In this document: piece by piece, positions 31,296 to 41,744 of the stretch | Layout: every line of letters starts with the position of its first letter | How positions within the stretch are numbered: position 1 is the first letter of the stretch | Virus genome (UHGV): UHGV-0374065 | From: a virus | Direction: 5' to 3' (one strand) | Length of the DNA stretch: 47,617 nt | Position numbers and translations under genes: made by a program | Notes under the pieces: generated by a model | Seen by the model: the letters and a program-made list of their open reading frames with translations, nothing else | Told to the model about the DNA's origin: nothing | The model's database searches: none

Positions 31296-31749
31296 TAAAA
31301 ACATGAAGGCGTTTCTGGATATGCTGGCGTACAGCGAGGGCACTGATAACGGGCGGCAGAAAACCAATAATCATGGTTATGATGTGATTGTTGGCGGCTC
31401 ACTGTTTACCGACTATTCCGACCACCCGCGCAAGCTGATTAGCCTGCCAAGGCTGGGCATTAAATCCACCGCCGCCGGTCGCTATCAGGTACTGGCTAAG
31501 TTTTATGATGCGTACAAAAAGCAATTGCGTTTACCGGACTTCTCCCCCGCATCGCAGGACGCCATTGCAATGCAGCTAATCCGTGAATGCAAGGCCACCG
31601 CTGATATTGAGGCTGGTCGCATTGCTGATGCCATCCATAAATGCCGCTCCCGCTGGGCCTCATTGCCGGGCGCTGGGTATGGTCAGCATGAGCAGAAGCT
31701 GGATAAGCTGATTCAGGTATACAAAGAGGCTGGCGGAGCTGTGGCATGA
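31285..31749 (+). CDS. R: Endolysin, lambda R-type lytic transglycosylase
   Basis: KAFLDMLAYSEGTDNGRQKTNNHGYDVIVGG...DYSDHPRKL...AGRYQ...WASLPGAGYGQ is near-colinear with lambda R. Confidence 0.85.
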   Translation: MAISKNMKAFLDMLAYSEGTDNGRQKTNNHGYDVIVGGSLFTDYSDHPRKLISLPRLGIKSTAAGRYQVLAKFYDAYKKQLRLPDFSPASQDAIAMQLIRECKATADIEAGRIADAIHKCRSRWASLPGAGYGQHEQKLDKLIQVYKEAGGAVA

Positions 31750-31985
31750 AAAAGCTAAGCAACTGGCTGCTCGCCGCGTGGATTTCATTCTGCTCGCTGT
31801 TACAACTATGGCCTGATGCAATGATGCATGTGTGGGTAATGATGCCGGATGACCTGAAAGCAGCGCTACCGCCAATCGTGGTCAAAGGTGTGAGTTACTC
31901 AATTATGCTTGTCGGCATCATCGGCAAAATGCACGGCATGAGGAAGGAAAACCGGAGGCTGCGCAATGATGTCGATTCTCGTTAA
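31746..31985 (+). CDS. Putative holin (two transmembrane segments)
   Basis: 79 aa; transmembrane segments LLAAWISFCSLLQLW and VSYSIMLVGIIGKM; basic C-terminus. Lies between R and Rz. Confidence 0.45.
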   Translation: MKKLSNWLLAAWISFCSLLQLWPDAMMHVWVMMPDDLKAALPPIVVKGVSYSIMLVGIIGKMHGMRKENRRLRNDVDSR

Positions 31986-32457
31986 ATACTGGCGACCGCT
32001 GGCAATTATTATAATTGTTGCCGCTGGCGCGTTGTGGGTGGCAAATAAAGTGTCCGGTTATGGCGAGCAACAATATGCCGCCGGATACGCGAAGGCAGTC
32101 GCAGAACAGAAGGCCGCAGACGAACAAGAGGAGCAACGACGCAATGCAGAACTGCAAAAGATTCAGGCCGACGCACAGCAAAGGATTGATGCTGCGCGCA
32201 ATGATGCTGTTAATGCTGCCGCTAAGTCTGGCAGGTTGCAGCAACAACTCACCAGTATCCGCAAGCAGCTCGTCGGATATTCCACCGCTGAGTCCATTGG
32301 CAACCCAGCCGCAGAAACCGGAGTTTTGCTTGCAGACGTGCTCCGCAAATCTGTCGAAAGAAATCAACAGCTGGCAGATTACGCTGACAGGGCGAGAGAG
32401 GCAGGATTGACGTGTGAGGCACAGTATAATTCTCTGCGTAATAAAAAAGCCCCGTGA
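31966..32457 (+). CDS. Rz: i-spanin (Rz)
   Basis: N-terminal transmembrane segment LAIIIIVAAGALWVA, then a long coiled-coil periplasmic domain. Confidence 0.75.
   Translation: MMSILVKYWRPLAIIIIVAAGALWVANKVSGYGEQQYAAGYAKAVAEQKAADEQEEQRRNAELQKIQADAQQRIDAARNDAVNAAAKSGRLQQQLTSIRKQLVGYSTAESIGNPAAETGVLLADVLRKSVERNQQLADYADRAREAGLTCEAQYNSLRNKKAP
32189..32410 (+). CDS. Rz1: o-spanin (Rz1) embedded in the +1 frame of Rz
   Basis: MLRAMMLLMLPLSLAGC lipobox, then a Pro/Ser-rich mature part. SD AGGA before ATG 32189. Confidence 0.7.
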   Translation: MLRAMMLLMLPLSLAGCSNNSPVSASSSSDIPPLSPLATQPQKPEFCLQTCSANLSKEINSWQITLTGRERQD

Positions 32458-32471
32458 TGGGGCTTTGTTTT
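32446..32471. terminator. Bidirectional rho-independent terminator
   Basis: AAGCCCC-GTGAT-GGGGCTTTGTTTT. Confidence 0.75.
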
Positions 32472-32491
32472 AACCTTCTCCGTAGCCAATG

Positions 32492-32869
32492 TCACGCATA
32501 AAGCGCCTCCATCTTGTACCCAAACATAATTGCATTCTGATGCTCAGTGCTACCAGAAAACACCAGATAGCGTTTACCTCGATTATCCGTAACGATGCAG
32601 GCAGCTGGTGAGTTTTCCTTCCTAAATCTGGCTTCGTCATCACTCCCTTCATACATCCTCCCACTCGCTGGCAGACACAAATCGAATGTTTGAATTTCCG
32701 TTCCGCTGCATTCATTGCTACGTTCATTGAACAGGATAGCCAATCTTGGGTTGCCATTGGAATGCTTTGCAGGGAATGCGATTCTCCAGCCATCGTACAT
32801 ATACTGACTTGGGTAGGATAGCCATGACTTACCGCGCCTACCCTCCGTAAGAATCGGCTTACTCGCCAT
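32492..32869 (-). CDS. Hypothetical protein (125 aa)
   Basis: Start re-called at ATG 32869 (MASKPIL) with SD GGAGGA. Confidence 0.4.
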   Translation of the reverse strand: MASKPILTEGRRGKSWLSYPSQYMYDGWRIAFPAKHSNGNPRLAILFNERSNECSGTEIQTFDLCLPASGRMYEGSDDEARFRKENSPAACIVTDNRGKRYLVFSGSTEHQNAIMFGYKMEALYA

Positions 32870-33134
32870 TATGATCCTCCACAATCCGCACCAGTGAGCA
32901 CTCAAGATTCGGTGCATTGCAATTACCAGCCAGAAACAGCACGCTACCAGTGCTAATAAGCACCTGCTTCGCGTTCGCCTGCGACAGATTCTGCACGATG
33001 AATTGCGCTGTTTCTGTGCCGATTTTCAGCACTGCGCTGCCGTCGCTGTTCAGTGATACAAGTTGTGCGGAAGTGTCAGTAATGTTGGTGAAGTTCGCGT
33101 TTCGCTGCGCGATTGTGATGTCGCAAAAAGACAT
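32859..33134 (-). CDS. Hypothetical protein (91 aa)
   Basis: Operon position; overlaps neighbours by a few nucleotides. Confidence 0.4.
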   Translation of the reverse strand: MSFCDITIAQRNANFTNITDTSAQLVSLNSDGSAVLKIGTETAQFIVQNLSQANAKQVLISTGSVLFLAGNCNAPNLECSLVRIVEDHNGE

Positions 33135-33436
33135 TATTTAATCTCTCCGTTCAGTTCATTAACAATTAACGTTGCATAGCCAGCAATATCTTTCCAGCTG
33201 TCATCATAAGTCGGGTCGCCATTCAGAATGCGCCCAATCTTGTGCTGAATCATGTCGAGCGCCTCGCGTTGACTTGGTGTGAGATTGCGCCAGCCATCTA
33301 CCTTGCGCATCACATCTTTCAACTCCTGCATAATTTCAGCGCCGTCTTTGAATTTACCGTATCGACTACCGCGTTCGGTGATGAGTCGCTCTGTTGCGTC
33401 AGTATGGCGCTTATCGCCCGTGATTTGTGAACTCAT
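33134..33436 (-). CDS. Hypothetical protein (100 aa), possibly DUF6378-like
   Basis: RBS GGAG; ERGSRYGKFKDGAEIMQ...YDDSWKDIAGYATL. Confidence 0.35.
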   Translation of the reverse strand: MSSQITGDKRHTDATERLITERGSRYGKFKDGAEIMQELKDVMRKVDGWRNLTPSQREALDMIQHKIGRILNGDPTYDDSWKDIAGYATLIVNELNGEIK

Positions 33437-33923
33437 TGTGATGCATTCTCCTGAATTCTTTTATTTTTGCTTCTGCTTCTCTTGTGTCGGAAAAGTAACC
33501 AACTGTGAATCTTTTGCCATTTACTCCAACTCTTGCATGCCACTTGTTGTGCGATGAACTCCAGTTAACCCCCTTGATACCGCTAGTGTTGTTTTTGTTC
33601 ATTGCTTTGTTGTGGCTATTCTCAAATTTGCTGGCCTCCCTTAAATTGCACGCCCTGTTGTCATTGCGAATGCCATTAATGTGGTCAATCATTTCACTTG
33701 CTGGCGCGCCATGAATGCATATCCATGCCAATCTGTGAGCAAGAAAAGCCCTACCGCAAAGAATTATTTGCACATATCCATCTGGCTTTAAGTAGCCAGC
33801 CACACTCCCTTTTTCTGCAATCCTATTCCTTGTCTTTAGCCATTTAAATTCCCCAGTTAGTGGATTGTAGTAAAGGTAACTCAATATAAACTCCCTACTC
33901 GGCTCATCTCTCCTATGCCTCAT
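33411..33923 (-). CDS. HNH-AP2 homing endonuclease
   Basis: MIDHINGIRNDNRACNLREA and NTSGIKGVNWSSSHNKWHA. Its 3' end overlaps the downstream gene by 26 nt. Confidence 0.8.
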   Translation of the reverse strand: MRHRRDEPSREFILSYLYYNPLTGEFKWLKTRNRIAEKGSVAGYLKPDGYVQIILCGRAFLAHRLAWICIHGAPASEMIDHINGIRNDNRACNLREASKFENSHNKAMNKNNTSGIKGVNWSSSHNKWHARVGVNGKRFTVGYFSDTREAEAKIKEFRRMHHNEFTNHGR

Positions 33924-34126
33924 TTCTCATCCTCTTTCATTGTCACCCTATTATTCTCGTCAACACTGAAGTTGGCCCGAATCAAATCATACATATCTTC
34001 CTTAGGCATATCAGCCAGCGCCACATAGCAACGGGCGAAGTAGCGAACATCACGGAGTGTCAGCGGTTGTCGCTTCTCCACAATGCTGGTGATAATGTCC
34101 ATCGGCTCGCGTCGTGGTCTTGGCAT
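33920..34126 (-). CDS. Hypothetical protein (68 aa)
   Basis: First gene leftward of the divergent promoter at 34150-34200. Confidence 0.4.
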   Translation of the reverse strand: MPRPRREPMDIITSIVEKRQPLTLRDVRYFARCYVALADMPKEDMYDLIRANFSVDENNRVTMKEDEK

Positions 34127-34153
34127 ATTTACTACTCCTTCTCGAAAAACATC

Positions 34154-34197
34154 TTGACGTTTCTACATCATTTAGTCAATACTTGTTGACGTAGATT
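34154..34197. promoter_or_regulatory. Promoter region with TTGACG-N18-AATACT and a downstream TTGACGTAGATTG box
   Basis: TTGACGTTTCTACATCATTTAGTCAATACT is almost identical to TTGATGTTTCTACGTCAGTTAGCTTATACT at 17118. Confidence 0.55.
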
Positions 34198-34225
34198 GTA
34201 CCACAACGGAAAAGGTGATGTGGAA

Positions 34226-34423
34226 ATGCGATACAAAGAAATAGCAGCGAGATACCAGAAGGAAGTTCGCGAGGTTATGGAAATCCTTAACGTTCGCGAG
34301 GATACCATTAAGTTTGTGGAAACCGCCATGTGTTCACTGGCGCTTGAAGCGGAGGTTGCTGGTCGTGAAAAGGCTGACGAACTTATATCTGCGGTGGTTT
34401 ATAGTTCAACCAGTAACGGTTGA
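34226..34423 (+). CDS. Hypothetical protein (65 aa)
   Basis: RBS AAGGTGA; MRYKEIAARYQKEVREV... Confidence 0.4.
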   Translation: MRYKEIAARYQKEVREVMEILNVREDTIKFVETAMCSLALEAEVAGREKADELISAVVYSSTSNG

Positions 34424-34483
34424 AGATGAAGGTTATCTGTGCGTTGAGCACGTTGTTATCAAATTCTACGGGGGAAATTATAA

Positions 34484-34678
34484 ATGGCGCATGACGAACT
34501 GTACGAAGAATCGTTAATCCAGAGGTTGAATGAAGTTGAGCGCACTCGCGAATGGCTGGAGTGCGAGTTACGAGAAGTGCGCAACCGCCTGCAACGCAAG
34601 CGCAGTCAGCAAAGAGATGTCATCGACTGGTCTGGGGGTACACATAAATTTAACAATCTGGGAGAATGGTTGAAATGA
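34484..34678 (+). CDS. Hypothetical coiled-coil protein
   Basis: 64 aa. Confidence 0.4.
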   Translation: MAHDELYEESLIQRLNEVERTREWLECELREVRNRLQRKRSQQRDVIDWSGGTHKFNNLGEWLK

Positions 34679-35205
34679 GCAACATTAGTAAGGAAAGCAT
34701 TTTAAAGTTCCTCCAGCATGATGAAAATACAGGAAACTTTCTATGGATTGATAATTTCTCAAGAAAATCAAAGAAAGGGAAGGTGGCTGGAGGTATTACA
34801 TCGCATGGGTATTGGAGAATTCAACTCCCCATCGGGAAGTTTTACGCACACAGAATGGCGTGGATTGTTTGCAATGGAGATATACCAAACGGATATGAGA
34901 TTGATCACATAAATGGGAACAAGAAAGATAATCGCATCAGCAACCTAAGATTGGTCACAAGAGGTAAAAATGTTATGAATGTAGGCGTGAAAAACAATAA
35001 TACAAGCGGAGTTAAGGATGTTGTTTGGGACTCTTCGCGAGAAAGGTGGAGGGTTCAAATTACAGCCAATGGCAAGCATTATTATGGAGGTAGATTCTCG
35101 TCAATAACACAAGCAAAAGAGGAGAGGAACAGGCTCATAAAGATGGTTCACGGGAAATTTTTGAATACAAAAGGTGAGCAATATGACACTACTAATGAAC
35201 GATGA
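34675..35205 (+). CDS. HNH-AP2 homing endonuclease
   Basis: EIDHINGNKKDNRISNLRLV and NTSGVKDVVWDSSRERWRV. Confidence 0.8.
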   Translation: MSNISKESILKFLQHDENTGNFLWIDNFSRKSKKGKVAGGITSHGYWRIQLPIGKFYAHRMAWIVCNGDIPNGYEIDHINGNKKDNRISNLRLVTRGKNVMNVGVKNNNTSGVKDVVWDSSRERWRVQITANGKHYYGGRFSSITQAKEERNRLIKMVHGKFLNTKGEQYDTTNER

Positions 35206-35419
35206 GAAATTACTTGAATGCCCGTTTTGTGGTTGTGATGACGTAAGTGTTATTGATGACGGCGAATGGTTGCACGTTGAGTGCGGAGATTGTTTTTGCC
35301 GCACTGACTCGTATTGCTGCGCATCCACGGCAATGAAGAAATGGAACACAAGAGGTGGACACCTCTACACTTCCGACGACTTCAATCAGGCAGCAGAGGA
35401 GCGTGATTATGGACTATAA
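35183..35419 (+). CDS. Lar-family restriction-alleviation zinc-finger protein
   Basis: LECPFCG...LHVECGDCFCRTD...AMKKWNTR matches the Lar CxxC...CxxC...WN(R/T)R pattern. RBS AAGGTGAG. Confidence 0.6.
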   Translation: MTLLMNDEKLLECPFCGCDDVSVIDDGEWLHVECGDCFCRTDSYCCASTAMKKWNTRGGHLYTSDDFNQAAEERDYGL

Positions 35420-35897
35420 ATCACAAATCATGCGCGTGATTATGAATCACCCCGGAGCAACGCGCGCATACATTGAGAAGCATTGCGGAGGTAAGCATTC
35501 AAGCACCACAACGCATCGCTTACATGAGATGCTTGCTCTTGGATTCATTCGTCGCGAGAAGTCAGTGATTCGCGGCGGCAAGTGGCAGTATAAATATTTC
35601 ATCTCTGATGATGCAGCCGGTATTGATGATGCTATTAAGTGCCATTTGCTTGATAACGCTGGCGCGGAAGTGAAAGAAATCAGTACCACCACTGGCATTG
35701 ATTATCGCATCGTGAAAAGCCGCATCCGCATTATGTTTCATAACGGTGATGTGACGCGAAGCTATGACCACCACAAGAAGCTGTGGCGTTATTCATGGAA
35801 GGAGAAGGAAGTCAATGTAAGCAATCTATTTAATTCACTTCTTCGCAGCGTAAGGGGTCAGCATGGGAAAAGCCAAACGCAAGAAGCAAGAGTATGA
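35409..35897 (+). CDS. Protein with two predicted winged-helix DNA-binding domains
   Basis: Start re-called at ATG 35409 (MDYKSQIMRVI). Two wHTH-like segments. Possible regulator. Confidence 0.4.
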   Translation: MDYKSQIMRVIMNHPGATRAYIEKHCGGKHSSTTTHRLHEMLALGFIRREKSVIRGGKWQYKYFISDDAAGIDDAIKCHLLDNAGAEVKEISTTTGIDYRIVKSRIRIMFHNGDVTRSYDHHKKLWRYSWKEKEVNVSNLFNSLLRSVRGQHGKSQTQEARV

Positions 35898-36039
35898 ACC
35901 TCTACCGCCATGCGAAATGTCAGGAATGCCGCAGCAGGAGGATGTGATTCTCACCGAGGCTGAGTGGCGCAAGGTGGCAAGAGTGCAAATCATGTTCCGC
36001 AAACTTGCTGAGGATGTACTAAATGAAATGGGCTATTAA
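35863..36039 (+). CDS. Small hypothetical protein (58 aa)
   Basis: RBS AAGGGG; MGKAKRKKQEYEPLPPCEMSG... Confidence 0.35.
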   Translation: MGKAKRKKQEYEPLPPCEMSGMPQQEDVILTEAEWRKVARVQIMFRKLAEDVLNEMGY

Positions 36040-36214
36040 GCATAAATCCGGCAGAACTCTGTTTGTAACATCGGATGAGTTTATTGCCAATAACCGTAGA
36101 AAGATGGGCTGGATAGTAGAGGAAGTGAAGATGACGAGTAGAGAGCAGTTTGAGCAGTGGGTTAAGGAAGAAACAGGCTTTGATTTATGGCGCACAGAAT
36201 ACCCAATGACATAA
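36023..36214 (+). CDS. Hypothetical protein
   Basis: 63 aa. Confidence 0.4.
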   Translation: MKWAIKHKSGRTLFVTSDEFIANNRRKMGWIVEEVKMTSREQFEQWVKEETGFDLWRTEYPMT

Positions 36215-36426
36215 TGGGATAACCAGCAGTACAAATGCCATCAAACAAACCTTGCATGGATGGCATGGCAAGCATCGCGCGCGGCAATTGAGATTGAGTC
36301 TCCGGATTTCATTGATTCAAGAGCGGCATTAAATAAAGGCTACACGGTTGATTACTCCAATGGATTTGGTGACGCAATGGATGCATATGAACTGGCAATT
36401 CAGCAAGCGGGATTAGAGGTGAAAAA

Positions 36427-36753
36427 ATGATTATCCAGTTAAACGACATCATGAAAGCAGACATCATTCAACTTGAAGATTATGACATGCAACTAGCGTT
36501 TGAAATCGAAACCGTTGAGCGTCAACTTCAATATGCGGATAAGAAGAACGACCGCGTCTGGCACGAGAAAGCACTTAAGGCACGCGACCACATGAGGCGC
36601 ACTCGAGCACTCATCAAAACTCGTCTGGATAAACTTTATTTTGGCGAAGAAAGGATGCTTCACGGAGCTATTCTGGCGCAAATACGCAAGGAAATGCCTA
36701 TTGGCAAGTTCATGTCATATGTTCATCGCGCAAAACAGGAGGCTGGGTTATGA
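36427..36753 (+). CDS. Hypothetical protein
   Basis: 108 aa. Confidence 0.45.
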   Translation: MIIQLNDIMKADIIQLEDYDMQLAFEIETVERQLQYADKKNDRVWHEKALKARDHMRRTRALIKTRLDKLYFGEERMLHGAILAQIRKEMPIGKFMSYVHRAKQEAGL

Positions 36754-36938
36754 GTGAGCCAAAATTTCCAGAGCTGCCTGTTGAGGTTCAGGTTGCATTG
36801 ATTAATGCAGCAAGCGCAATGGCGACAAAGAAGATTGAGGCAATAGGCAGTGATTACAACAGGAACATAGACTGGTTTCAGAGGGAGTATCAAAAAATCT
36901 GCGACGCACTCTACAAAGAAAACAGGGGTAGATCATGA
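36750..36938 (+). CDS. Hypothetical protein
   Basis: 62 aa; ATGA overlaps at both ends. Confidence 0.4.
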   Translation: MSEPKFPELPVEVQVALINAASAMATKKIEAIGSDYNRNIDWFQREYQKICDALYKENRGRS

Positions 36939-37081
36939 TTCCATTACTGTGGATACTATCAGCCTACGCATTCGCAAGGGTATTTGAGGCTGATACTCTG
37001 TACCAGATGATTTGCTATGGCGCGCTGTTCTGCCTGTCAGGTGCTGCGCTCGCATTCATGGATGATGTGATTTCAGACTAA
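36935..37081 (+). CDS. Small membrane peptide (48 aa)
   Basis: MIPLLWILSAYAFARVFEADTLYQMICYGALFCLSGAALAF... Confidence 0.35.
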   Translation: MIPLLWILSAYAFARVFEADTLYQMICYGALFCLSGAALAFMDDVISD

Positions 37082-37275
37082 CACCGTATATCTTTTGTTC
37101 ATCATGGGCTGCTATCATTTAATCAGGCGGTAGCCCATGAATATAATCCCTATCACTTACTTTCTCACGCTATACGCGCTCACAGACTCACCATTGTTTG
37201 CACTGGCTACCGCCTCATGGTGCTATATCTCCCTGTGTTATAATTCGACCACAAACTAACCGTGGAGAGTTAACC

Positions 37276-39155
<1,880 letters not shown>

Positions 39156-39166
39156 GGAGCCGAATA

Positions 39167-40240
39167 ATGGAAAAGATTATTTTTACCAAAGACTTGGTAG
39201 CCAACTCCGCAGTGGTGGCTGACCAGTGGAAACATCTCACCATCGACCGCAAGGTGTTCTGCAATGCAGAAGCTGAACTGGCGAAAACATACGGTGTTAA
39301 CGCCACCGCGCTGGTAACGAAAGATTACTGGCGCGACGTGGATAACGTCACCACCCGTGTTTTCCGCAACGAAGCTGGCCAGGACATGATGGCTGACCTG
39401 ATGGGTATCGCGGCAAACATTAACATTGGTAAGACTGTGGCAATCAGCCGCATTGCTTCCGATGCTGGCAAGGTAGTCCGCACTCTGTCTGGTCAGGAGC
39501 CGGAAGACTTGGATAAAACTCGCTACGATTACACTGGCGACGTGATTCCAATCTTCAAAACTGGCTACAGCCGCGAATGGCGCGAACTGCTGGGTATGCA
39601 GTCTGAAGGTTTTGACCCCCTGCTGGACGATCAGGCTAACGTCACCTTTAACCTACGTTCCGACATGGCGCAGTATCTGCTGACCGGCGACCAGACTCTG
39701 AACGTGAACGGCGTTTACACTGGCTACGGTATCATCAACCACCCGAACACCATTCAGGTCAACCTGAACGTTTCCGATGGCGGCCTGAATATCGACCTGC
39801 AAACCGCAACGCCAGATGAAATCGTGAAATTCTTCAATCAGGATTTCCAGGCTATTCTGGATGCGCAGAACGTATTTGAGCAGGTGACTCTGTGGGTTTC
39901 CCCGGCAGTGCGTCGCAGTTTCATGCGTCCGTATTCTGATGCGGCGGGCTTCAAAGGCGGCACAGTTGAGCAGTACATCACGCAGTTCGGCAACGGTCGC
40001 ATCGGTAAGATTGGCACCAACTTCCTGCTGACTGGTAACCATTTCGTTGGCTACGTTCGCAACGATATGTACATCCGTCCGCGTGTTGCTCAACCTGTCT
40101 CCACCTATGCGGCGGCCCGCGTAAACCCTCACGATAACTTCAACTTCCTAGTGTGGTCAGCTATGGGATTACAGGTGCGCAAGGATTTCGCCGGTAAGTC
40201 CAAAGTGTTCAACGGATACGGCACGCAACCTGCGAAGTAA
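39167..40240 (+). CDS. Major capsid protein
   Basis: 357 aa, high codon adaptation, RBS AAGGAG. Followed by terminator at 40244-40268. Confidence 0.65.
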   Translation: MEKIIFTKDLVANSAVVADQWKHLTIDRKVFCNAEAELAKTYGVNATALVTKDYWRDVDNVTTRVFRNEAGQDMMADLMGIAANINIGKTVAISRIASDAGKVVRTLSGQEPEDLDKTRYDYTGDVIPIFKTGYSREWRELLGMQSEGFDPLLDDQANVTFNLRSDMAQYLLTGDQTLNVNGVYTGYGIINHPNTIQVNLNVSDGGLNIDLQTATPDEIVKFFNQDFQAILDAQNVFEQVTLWVSPAVRRSFMRPYSDAAGFKGGTVEQYITQFGNGRIGKIGTNFLLTGNHFVGYVRNDMYIRPRVAQPVSTYAAARVNPHDNFNFLVWSAMGLQVRKDFAGKSKVFNGYGTQPAK

Positions 40241-40243
40241 TAA

Positions 40244-40268
40244 AAAGGGGCGAATAGCCCCTCTTAAC
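40244..40268 (+). terminator. Rho-independent terminator after major capsid gene
   Basis: AAAGGGGC-GAATA-GCCCCTCTT. Confidence 0.6.
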
Positions 40269-40279
40269 TATCAGAGGTT

Positions 40280-40663
40280 ATGATGACCAGCAAAAGCATT
40301 GAGCAAGAGATTCAGGACAAAGGCAGTGAAGCGCCACGAGTAACCGGGCAACACATTGAAGGAATCATTGTCAGCGAGCACTACTTTACGGGCTATGATG
40401 GCATTGGTGGAGATGGTGCGTGGGCAAAATACAAGTCAGCACTTGACTTGCGTTCGAGCCATGAATCATTAAAACTTATCACATTCTGCGTATTGGTGTT
40501 GAAAAACGGATTCACCGTGACCGGAGAAAGCGCCTGCGCCAGTCCAGAGAATTTCGATGCTGAAATTGGTCGCAAGATTGCCAGGGAGAATGCGGTAAAT
40601 AAAATCTGGATGCTTGAGGGTTATCTCCTTAAGCAAAATCTTTCGGAGGTAAATAATGGCTAA
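40280..40663 (+). CDS. Gp49-like protein (Phage_gp49_66 family)
   Basis: LITFCVLVLKNGFTVTGESACASPENFDAEIGRKIARENAVNKIWMLEGYLL. Confidence 0.6.
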   Translation: MMTSKSIEQEIQDKGSEAPRVTGQHIEGIIVSEHYFTGYDGIGGDGAWAKYKSALDLRSSHESLKLITFCVLVLKNGFTVTGESACASPENFDAEIGRKIARENAVNKIWMLEGYLLKQNLSEVNNG

Positions 40664-40853
40664 ATACGAAGTCATCGCACGCGGAATCTTTGTGAAAGAG
40701 AAAGGCAAGATTCGTGAGTTACAGCTTGGCGAGGTTATCACAGAACCTGCTGAGCATCTGATGTCAAAGCTGCGCGTTATGCCAGAACTGGAAAAGTCTT
40801 TCGAAGTCGCAACCCCACAACAAAAGACGACAAAGAAAAAGAAAGCAGAGTAA
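40656..40853 (+). CDS. Hypothetical protein with Lys-rich tail
   Basis: 65 aa. Confidence 0.4.
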   Translation: MAKYEVIARGIFVKEKGKIRELQLGEVITEPAEHLMSKLRVMPELEKSFEVATPQQKTTKKKKAE

Positions 40854-40857
40854 ACTG

Positions 40858-40884
40858 AACCCGCATAATGCGGGTTTTTTATTG
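40858..40884 (+). terminator. Rho-independent terminator
   Basis: ACCCGCAT-AAT-GCGGGTTTTTTATT. Confidence 0.7.
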
Positions 40885-40893
40885 GGGGTTATC

Positions 40894-41712
40894 ATGGATG
40901 TCAGGTACGAAATAAACACAACTCCGGCTGACGGAGAGGTTTTGCTTAGCGAAACTATGTCTGCGGACTGGTCAGCATTACAGGTGCAGATTGTGCCGCT
41001 AAATTCTTCCGGTGGCTATGAGCCATTAACAAGCGGGTCTGTTTCTGTAATGGTATCGCCGTTCGCGTCTGGTGATTTCTGGATTGACGTTAACAATAAT
41101 AATTATTATGGCGTGGCGCTGCGACTGAAGGTGATTAAGTCACAAATACCCGCTGGCATTGCATCCCTGAAGGTCCTGGTATGGCGAGCTGCTACATCAG
41201 TACCATCAAGTCAGGTTGTCGCGCAGTCTTATGCAGAGCTTGCCAATAAGCAAGGGAAGCTGTTCACTGCGTCGCGCAGGGTGACTGATGTTGCTGGCGG
41301 AGCTAACCTTGATAGCATCTTTATCACCGGTTCAAAACAGGTTGTGTTTAATCAACGCATCATCGGGTACACCGGTAAAGGTGTCGTAGCGTCAATCTAC
41401 CGTGGAGCTGTAGCCACTGGCGGTACGGCGGCAGAGATTAATAATCCCAACGACATAACGCCTCAGGCAGCTACGGCGCAGTTACTTACTGGTGCTACCG
41501 TGACAAACATTGGACAGCTGACGGTGGCAGCAACATACAGTGAGGGTAACGCATCGAATCAGGGTCAGGGTAACTCGCAGGCGAAACTCGGCGAGCAGAT
41601 TATCATGGCACCAAATACGACGTATTTGCTTCGCATAACATCACTGGACACTGCGGTGCAAAATATCAATGCATATGTGTCATGGTTTGAGGATGATACT
41701 TATCTGGCGTGA
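40894..41712 (+). CDS. Putative virion structural protein (272 aa)
   Basis: RBS GGGGG, Gly/Ala/Thr-rich beta-type sequence. Within the head gene block. Confidence 0.4.
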   Translation: MDVRYEINTTPADGEVLLSETMSADWSALQVQIVPLNSSGGYEPLTSGSVSVMVSPFASGDFWIDVNNNNYYGVALRLKVIKSQIPAGIASLKVLVWRAATSVPSSQVVAQSYAELANKQGKLFTASRRVTDVAGGANLDSIFITGSKQVVFNQRIIGYTGKGVVASIYRGAVATGGTAAEINNPNDITPQAATAQLLTGATVTNIGQLTVAATYSEGNASNQGQGNSQAKLGEQIIMAPNTTYLLRITSLDTAVQNINAYVSWFEDDTYLA

Positions 41713-41715
41713 TAA

Positions 41716-41742
41716 AACAAAGCCCCGTGAAGGGGCTTTGAT
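41716..41742. terminator. Bidirectional rho-independent terminator
   Basis: AAAGCCCC-GTGA-AGGGGCTTTG. Confidence 0.7.
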
Positions 41743-41744
41743 TG

